Assembly: GCA_965218435.1 (NCBI GenBank)
Contig: CBDCKW010000009.1
Location: 3,456,001 to 3,520,000 of the forward strand
DNA length: 64,000 nucleotides
Origin: Truepera sp.
GTDB lineage: Bacteria; Deinococcota; Deinococci; Deinococcales; Trueperaceae
Direction of reading: 5' to 3'
In this document: positions 58,406-64,000 of the stretch, piece by piece
Layout of the letters: each line of letters begins with the position of its first letter
How positions within the stretch are numbered: the first letter of the stretch is position 1
Translations under genes and position numbers: made by a program
The notes under the pieces: generated by a model
What the model saw: only the letters and a program-made list of their open reading frames with translations
Database searches by the model: none
What the model was told of the DNA's origin: nothing

Positions 58406-59233
58406 ATGAGCGCAACCAAAACCACACCCAATACCAGCCTTAGCGCCGAACACCTGACCTTGGCGTATGACCAGAGCGCCATCGTCAGAGACCTGGGCGT
58501 GAGGGTTCCGCCGGGAAAGATCACCGCGCTCGTCGGGCCGAACGGGTGCGGCAAGTCAACCCTACTGCGCGGCCTGGCGCGGCTCTTAAAACCTAAAAGC
58601 GGCGCGGTCTATTTAGACGGTGAGATGCTCTCCAAACTTTCAACCAAGGCAGCAGCAAAAAAATTGAGTATTTTGCCTCAAGGTCCGACCGCCCCTGAAG
58701 GGCTGAGCGTACGCGAACTCGCCGTACAAGGGCGGTACCCGCACACCGGGTTTTTCGGCGGCTGGTCGCCCGAAGATGAGGCGGCTGTCGTGTGGGCGCT
58801 CACGACGACGCGGATGTTGGCGTTGGCCGATAGGCCGCTTACGTCCCTTTCCGGCGGGCAACGTCAGCGGGCTTGGATTGCGATGACGCTCGCGCAGGCG
58901 ACGCCGATTCTCTTGTTGGACGAACCCACGACGTTTTTAGATATGGCGCACCAAGTCGAGGTCTTGTCGCTTTTGGACGAACTCAACACCCGCGAGGGCC
59001 GCACTATCGTCATGGTTTTGCACGACATCAACCAGGCGTGCCGTTACGCACATCAGCTAATTGCGCTCAAAGACGGGGCAATCGTAGCGCAAGGCAGCCC
59101 CAGCGAGGTGGTTGACGAGGCGTTGTTAGAGGCTGTTTTCGGGCTCGAGTGCCGCGTCGTTCCCGATCCGGTAAGCGGGACGCCGCTCTGTTTGCCGCAG
59201 AGCTACCCGCAAAGAGCTACCGCTAAAGTGTAA
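58406..59233 (+). CDS. iron-siderophore/cobalamin ABC transporter ATPase (FepC/FecE-like)
   Basis: [31 protein letters not shown]. Confidence 0.9.
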   Translation: MSATKTTPNTSLSAEHLTLAYDQSAIVRDLGVRVPPGKITALVGPNGCGKSTLLRGLARLLKPKSGAVYLDGEMLSKLSTKAAAKKLSILPQGPTAPEGLSVRELAVQGRYPHTGFFGGWSPEDEAAVVWALTTTRMLALADRPLTSLSGGQRQRAWIAMTLAQATPILLLDEPTTFLDMAHQVEVLSLLDELNTREGRTIVMVLHDINQACRYAHQLIALKDGAIVAQGSPSEVVDEALLEAVFGLECRVVPDPVSGTPLCLPQSYPQRATAKV

Positions 59234-59379
59234 ACTCGAGCGGAACTAAGCTGTCTTGGCCTGTTCTTGTCACCACGTTTCGAGCAAGTGAGAGATACGG
59301 GTTTTTTCTCTAAACAAGCACCTTCTGGATACTGACTTTTCCTATAACCGCACGCTGCAATCCAACTGCCTCTAAAAAT

Positions 59380-59907
59380 CTAAGACTCTTTACGCCTCGA
59401 GCTGACCTTCGTCAGTTTCTTTGGCGTCACGTCCGACTTGGGGATGATCGAAATCGTCCCGTTGACCTCTAATACGGCGGTTTCAACGTCACTCAAATCT
59501 GCCACGCCGTGAGCGCGGGCGGCCTCCCCCAAGTCATCTACGCTGATACCCTCATGTCGGAGCTTCTCCTCTGCGACCTTGCCCTGATAGACGAGGATGA
59601 CAGGTTGAGACTCGAGCCGTTTGCGGAGGCCCGGTACACGGGTGCTCACACGGTATAAAATCAGCAGCGTCGCAGCGCCCAAAATCCCGCCCAAGGTGCT
59701 GTCGTCAGGGCCGATCATCGCGTTTTGCACGACGTTCGATAAAAGTAGCAGCGTCACCAAGTCAATGGTTGAGAGTTGGCCGAACTGCTGTCCGCCGCTC
59801 AGCCGCAGCAATACGAGCAGCGCGGTGTAGACGATAGCGACGCGTAAAACCGTAAAGAGGACGGTCAAGCCGTCGCCAGAGAGCAGTTGAAGGTGAGAGG
59901 CGTCCAC
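59380..59907 (-). CDS. DUF421 (YetF-like) membrane protein
   Basis: LRLSG..QLSTIDLV..LLSNVVQN, AVLEVNGTISII. Confidence 0.9.
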   Translation of the reverse strand: MDASHLQLLSGDGLTVLFTVLRVAIVYTALLVLLRLSGGQQFGQLSTIDLVTLLLLSNVVQNAMIGPDDSTLGGILGAATLLILYRVSTRVPGLRKRLESQPVILVYQGKVAEEKLRHEGISVDDLGEAARAHGVADLSDVETAVLEVNGTISIIPKSDVTPKKLTKVSSRRKES

Positions 59908-59926
59908 GGCTTACTCTCCTGCTCTG

Positions 59927-60148
59927 TTACTCAGTTTTTGACTTCGCTGCGTGTTTCAGGGAGAGAGCTGCCAGCTCAGTTTGGGCGTAGTGGAGCTGCC
60001 CGGTCGCGGCCCACGCGTGTGCGCAACCTCTCGGTACCTCGCACTCTCTGAGATGTCCAGCTGTGACGCGTAAATGCTTGGCGGCAGTCTCGAGTTCGGC
60101 TGCCACACTTTCGTACTGCTGGGCTGTCGTCTCAAAGATGTCGGGCAT
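59927..60148 (-). CDS. hypothetical protein
   Basis: GGGAGG RBS before MPDIFE; EVPRGCAHAWA motif. Confidence 0.7.
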   Translation of the reverse strand: MPDIFETTAQQYESVAAELETAAKHLRVTAGHLRECEVPRGCAHAWAATGQLHYAQTELAALSLKHAAKSKTE

Positions 60149-60156
60149 AAACCTCC

Positions 60157-61011
60157 CTACTTTTTGCGGGCCGCTTCTAAGGCGTCCCACTGCTCCGGCG
60201 TCACCTCATCCAAGATATTAAACTCGCCGCCGTTCCACGCGGTTTCGCCGCCGTCTATGGCGATCAGGTCGCCGGTTATAAACGCCGCCGCGTCTGAGAT
60301 GAGGTAGCTCGCTAGGTTCGTAAGCTCGATATGCTCGCCCACGCGCCCCAGCGGAATCTGCTTTTCAAACAGCGCCCCAATCTCCGGCGTCGGCATCAGA
60401 CGGCTCCACGCCCCTTCGGTCGGAAACGGTCCCGGCGCGATGGCGTTTAACCGGATGCCGTACTTGCCCCATTCGGCTGCCAAAGATTTGGTGAGCGCCA
60501 CGACGCCCGCTTTGGCCGCCGCCGAGGGCGCGACGTACCCCGAACCCGCCGCCGCGTAGGTAGTAGCGATATTGAGCACGGTTCCCTTTTGCTCACGCTC
60601 GATCCAGCGTTTACCGAGCTCGAGCGTGCAGTAAAACGTCCCGTGTAAGACGATGTTGAGCACCGCGTCTACAGCTCTAGGCGAAAGCCGTTCGGTCGGT
60701 GAGATAAAGTTTCCGGCGGCGTTATTAACGAGCGCGTCAACCCGCCCGAAATGCGCTTCGGCGGCGTCCATGAGGGCCGTCACCTGATCCGCGTCGCGGA
60801 CGTCGCAGGAAACCGGTAACACCTCGCCGTCCATCTCAGCGGCTGCAGCTCGCAAGACCTCTTCGCGTCGCCCGGTAATCACCAGTTTGGCTCCGAGTGA
60901 CAAAAACCGCTCACCCATCGCCCGCCCGAGCCCGGTGCCGCCGCCGGTAACCACGATGACTTTCCCCTGCAGCAAGGTCTTTGCAAACACATCGGCAAAT
61001 ACTTCTGGCAC
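60157..61011 (-). CDS. SDR, 2,4-dienoyl-CoA reductase-like
   Basis: AGGAGG RBS + GTG; TGGGTGLG, NNAAGNF, SAAAKAG, NAIAPGP. Confidence 0.9.
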   Translation of the reverse strand: MPEVFADVFAKTLLQGKVIVVTGGGTGLGRAMGERFLSLGAKLVITGRREEVLRAAAAEMDGEVLPVSCDVRDADQVTALMDAAEAHFGRVDALVNNAAGNFISPTERLSPRAVDAVLNIVLHGTFYCTLELGKRWIEREQKGTVLNIATTYAAAGSGYVAPSAAAKAGVVALTKSLAAEWGKYGIRLNAIAPGPFPTEGAWSRLMPTPEIGALFEKQIPLGRVGEHIELTNLASYLISDAAAFITGDLIAIDGGETAWNGGEFNILDEVTPEQWDALEAARKK

Positions 61012-61397
61012 CTCGAGCCTCCTGTACCCTGCAGCATATAGCACGGCCGCTAAGAGAGGCGCAGTGCTCAGGTTGACTGCGCTGCTACTGACTAGAAGCC
61101 ATTTCAAAAACCCTTGTAGGCTTCAGCCTTAAAGGGTTTGACTGAGTTAGGTGAGGTAGCTGCGAGTAAGCTACGGTGATCTCGGCCCGAAAAGCCGTTT
61201 TTGCGGTAGGTTCTAGGCTGCTAGACACTGCGACGGAAATCATGACCCCACGTGTATTTTTTTGTTAGGCTGGCTTTTGGTGTGCAAGCTGTTTGGGGCA
61301 GCTCAGCTTCCTAAAAATGTACTGGAAAGTGGTCTCTCAGCGGCTTAGTATTGAGGTAAGGTGCTCGCTCAGGAGCGTGCTGAGCGAGAGGAGGAAG

Positions 61398-61595
61398 ATG
61401 CAAGCGTATAAAGGTGTTTTAAGACATGGTGTGGTGGTTTTGCCCGAAGGCGTGCAGCTGCCCGAAGGTGTCACGGTAACCGTAACCGTCAGCGACGTTG
61501 AACTCTTACGCGCCCGAATGCGTGTGGCGCTGATTCGCAACGCGCCTCGGCGTACTCGAGCCCGCCTGTTACCCGACGGGCTCACCGCCAGTTAA
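61398..61595 (+). CDS. small conserved hypothetical protein (beta-rich, AbrB/AF2212-like)
   Basis: GGAGG RBS; MQAYKGVLRHGVVVLPEGVQLPEGVTVTVTV. Confidence 0.75.
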   Translation: MQAYKGVLRHGVVVLPEGVQLPEGVTVTVTVSDVELLRARMRVALIRNAPRRTRARLLPDGLTAS

Positions 61596-61629
61596 ACCGG
61601 TGCTGGTCGGTAGGGGCTGATAACCTACA

Positions 61630-62430
61630 ATGGCTGAGGTCACGCTCGTTCCTACCCCGATTGGCAACCTCGAGGACATCACCCTCCGCGCCCTGCGCGT
61701 GTTACGCGAAGCCGACATGGTGGCTGCCGAAGACACACGGCACAGCGGCAAGCTTTTAGCGCACTTTGAGATTTCGAAGCCGCTCGAGCGCTTAGACGCC
61801 CACACCATCACCGACCGTGCTCCAGCCTTACTGGAACGCTACGCCCGGATCGCCTTTGTTACCGACGCGGGTACGCCCGGTCTTAGTGACCCCGGCGCAG
61901 AACTCGTCCAGTTGGCGCTTTTGGGTGGGCATAAGCTCGAGGTGCTCCCCGGCCCGACCGCCCTGATTCCTGCCCTTGTGTTGTCCGGTTTGCCGCTCGC
62001 CCGCTTCTCTTATGAAGGGTTTTTACCACGCAAAGGAGCGTCGCGCCGCGAACGCCTTGGGAGTATCGCGCAGAGCCTGCAGACGGTCGCATTTTACGAA
62101 TCCCCCAAACGCTTGGCTGCAACTTTAGACGACTTGATAACCGTGTGCGGCGAGTCCCGTTCGGTCAGCGTCTCTCGTGAACTCACCAAACGTTTTGAAA
62201 CGACCTACCGGGGTACCCTCGCGGAGGTGCGGGCGCAGCTCGGCGGCGACGTCAAAGGTGAATGTGTCGTTGTGGTGGGGCCGCGTGAGACGCTTCAAAC
62301 TGTAGACTTTTCTAGTTTGGCCCAAACCCTCGCCGAGTCGGGGTTGTCGGGGCGCACTTTAAGAGAGGCGCTAACCCAAGCCGGTGCGCCGCGAAATGTG
62401 GCGTATGAGCTGGCCTTGTTACAACGTTAA
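61630..62430 (+). CDS. rsmI: 16S rRNA (cytidine1402-2'-O)-methyltransferase
   Basis: PTPIGNLEDITLRA, AEDTR, DAGTPGLSDPG, YESPKR, RELTKRFE. Confidence 0.95.
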   Translation: MAEVTLVPTPIGNLEDITLRALRVLREADMVAAEDTRHSGKLLAHFEISKPLERLDAHTITDRAPALLERYARIAFVTDAGTPGLSDPGAELVQLALLGGHKLEVLPGPTALIPALVLSGLPLARFSYEGFLPRKGASRRERLGSIAQSLQTVAFYESPKRLAATLDDLITVCGESRSVSVSRELTKRFETTYRGTLAEVRAQLGGDVKGECVVVVGPRETLQTVDFSSLAQTLAESGLSGRTLREALTQAGAPRNVAYELALLQR

Positions 62431-62480
62431 ACCGTAGGTTGCACAGTTAGTATTAGCCTAAATTAGCGTATGCTGTGGTT

Positions 62481-62681
62481 ATGAAGGCTCGAGTAACCGA
62501 AGAAGGCGTTACGATCCCTAAAACGTTGCTGAAGGATGTTGACGTTGTCGAAATTCCCAAAGAAAACGATGTTATTACGGTTATACCTTTCGTAAACGAC
62601 CCTATTCTAGGACTTGGTAGTCAACCTGTTAAGAGCAACGTTACCGACGCTTCAGAAAATCATGACGATCATCTGTACTGA
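62481..62681 (+). CDS. putative AbrB/VapB-like antitoxin
   Basis: MKARVTEEGVTIPK...DASENHDDHLY; TGATG coupling to the PIN gene. Confidence 0.75.
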   Translation: MKARVTEEGVTIPKTLLKDVDVVEIPKENDVITVIPFVNDPILGLGSQPVKSNVTDASENHDDHLY

Positions 62682-63107
62682 TGAAGTCTGTTTTTGTAGA
62701 TACGGGCTACGGGCTATCTACTGGCTTTAGAGCTGCTGGATGACCAACATCATCAGGCTGCACTCTCTTACTGGAACCAAATAAAAACTGCGTTACCAGA
62801 CCTTGTTACGACCTCATACGTTTTTGACGAAGTGGTCACTTTCTTTAACAGCCGAAATTTACACGCTAAAGCTGTAGAGGTGGGTAACCGACTTTTGCAA
62901 AGCCCTTCGGTCAAGCTTATTCACGTTGACGAAGACCTTTTTAGAACAGCTTGGCAGTATTTTCAAAAGCATGAAGATAAAGCCTATTCGTTTACAGACT
63001 GTGTTTCTTTTGTTGCGATGAGAGAGCAGGGCATCCATACTGCCTTAGCGTTTGATAAGCACTTCATACAAGCGGGGTTCGCAACGCTACCTAGCCCTAA
63101 TGTCTAG
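62681..63107 (+). pseudogene. vapC: VapC/PIN toxin frameshifted by a 7-bp duplication
   Basis: MKSVFVDTG then TACGGGC x2 (62701-62714); removing one copy restores VDTGYLLA...VFDEVV...SFTDCVSF...FDKHF. Confidence 0.85.
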
Positions 63108-63340
63108 CGTCTTTGAGCCACAGGTCTATAGCTTCATCATTTTGCATAGTGGGATGGTTTTTCAGCGACCACGAACCGGCAAGTTTCTGCTAAAGCTGAA
63201 CTTTGCTCGGTAAGCTCGAGCTGCTCCCTAACGGCCTCGGTAATAAATGAGCTGCGTTTGCGGCTGGGTACGGTTTCGTTAAGACGCTCGAGCAGCTCCT
63301 TTGGCAGTGTCACGGTAACTTTTTGGTATTCTGTAGGCAT
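63097..63340 (-). pseudogene. ribbon-helix-helix antitoxin-like gene, probably frameshifted
   Basis: KVTVTLPKELLERL..RSSFITEAV; skipping one T near 63181 continues as AGSWSLKNHP..DEAIDLWL. Confidence 0.65.
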
Positions 63341-63439
63341 CTAGCTAGACTTCCTCTAAAACGTCTAAGTTAGCACAGGCTTGATCGGCCCGGTGCGTCA
63401 CGCAATCATTACTTGCTTCCCCGGCACACCTGCTTAGCA

Positions 63440-64000
63440 CTACAGCAGAGACTGCGCCAAAGCCAAATAATGCTGATACTTTCTCGTTGTAGCTTCTTGC
63501 CAATCGCTCGGACGTTCTACCAACCGCTGATCTAATCCCAGGGGAACTTCGTACAAGCTGCGGGCAAAACGAGCTACCCAAAAAGCGACCAAGAACGGAT
63601 AGTAAACCCTTGTGCGCTCCGCTACAGCGTCGTTTCGGCTGAGTCTCGCGTAGGTATGAATGACCCATTCCCAACGCGAACAGGGTACGCCGAGGTACGC
63701 CGGATGCGTCATCAGATTCGCCAGTTCAAAGGCCGGGTCACTCCACCCGCTCCCCTCCCAATCCACCGCGTAAAGCTCGCCTGAGCAGCTGATAAAGTTG
63801 CTGACGTTGGCGTCAATATGGCAGAGCACGCGTTCGTTTTTAGCGTCCGGTGCGGGGACGCCTGCAAGAGCCCCCAACACGTCCCGGAGGCCGTCAGGCC
63901 AAGCGTGTTCCGGGATAAGGCGAGCTTGTCTAAGTGCGAGCCGTTTAGCTTCTGCGGGCGACGCGGCTGCAAAGACGCCCGAGCGAATAGGTAAGGGGGT
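63440..64000 (-). CDS. aminoglycoside phosphotransferase/choline kinase-like protein (5' end outside the window)
   Basis: frame open to 64000; LCHIDANVSNF, VDWEGSGWSDPAFEL. Confidence 0.85.
   Translation of the reverse strand, partial: TPLPIRSGVFAAASPAEAKRLALRQARLIPEHAWPDGLRDVLGALAGVPAPDAKNERVLCHIDANVSNFISCSGELYAVDWEGSGWSDPAFELANLMTHPAYLGVPCSRWEWVIHTYARLSRNDAVAERTRVYYPFLVAFWVARFARSLYEVPLGLDQRLVERPSDWQEATTRKYQHYLALAQSLL

Noticed and set aside
1..64000. tRNA, rRNA, CRISPR array, integrase or known defence genes
   Set aside because: None recognised; the WYL protein is the YafY-type regulator, not a CRISPR/BREX-associated one.

Overview
Bacterial chromosomal window, probably Deinococcota (Truepera-like). 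This is inferred from the many leaderless genes with a TANNNT box just upstream of the start, strong CTCGAG enrichment and SARP/TPR-type regulators. Most of it is housekeeping or accessory metabolism: an amine/GABA catabolic operon, an arsenic operon, fatty-acid genes, SDRs, ClcA, a WYL regulator, a REC-TrxB/histidine kinase pair, rsmI and decayed toxin-antitoxin genes. Two regulator-centred islands stand out. (1) At 0.1-6.1 kb, a TPR + C-terminal winged-helix regulator converges on a 50-aa secreted peptide gene missing from the ORF track (3950-4102). Divergent promoters with 11-bp-phased GTAAC repeats drive both the peptide and two beta-helix lipoproteins, making this a candidate new peptide-signalling circuit. 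(2) At 44.8-54.6 kb, a SARP-like wHTH-ATPase-TPR regulator is surrounded by four promoters with identical geometry, GGTCGG-N5-GGTCGG-N11-YANNNT. They drive a stand-alone AMP-binding-C-like protein, a zincin-like exported protein lacking its His ligands, an Ig-repeat adhesin and a degenerate EAL protein. Also present are a 29-aa, 9-Cys metallothionein-like peptide in the ars operon and two candidate structured RNAs. No rRNA, tRNA or CRISPR array was seen. All family calls come from motif recognition by eye; no database searches were run.
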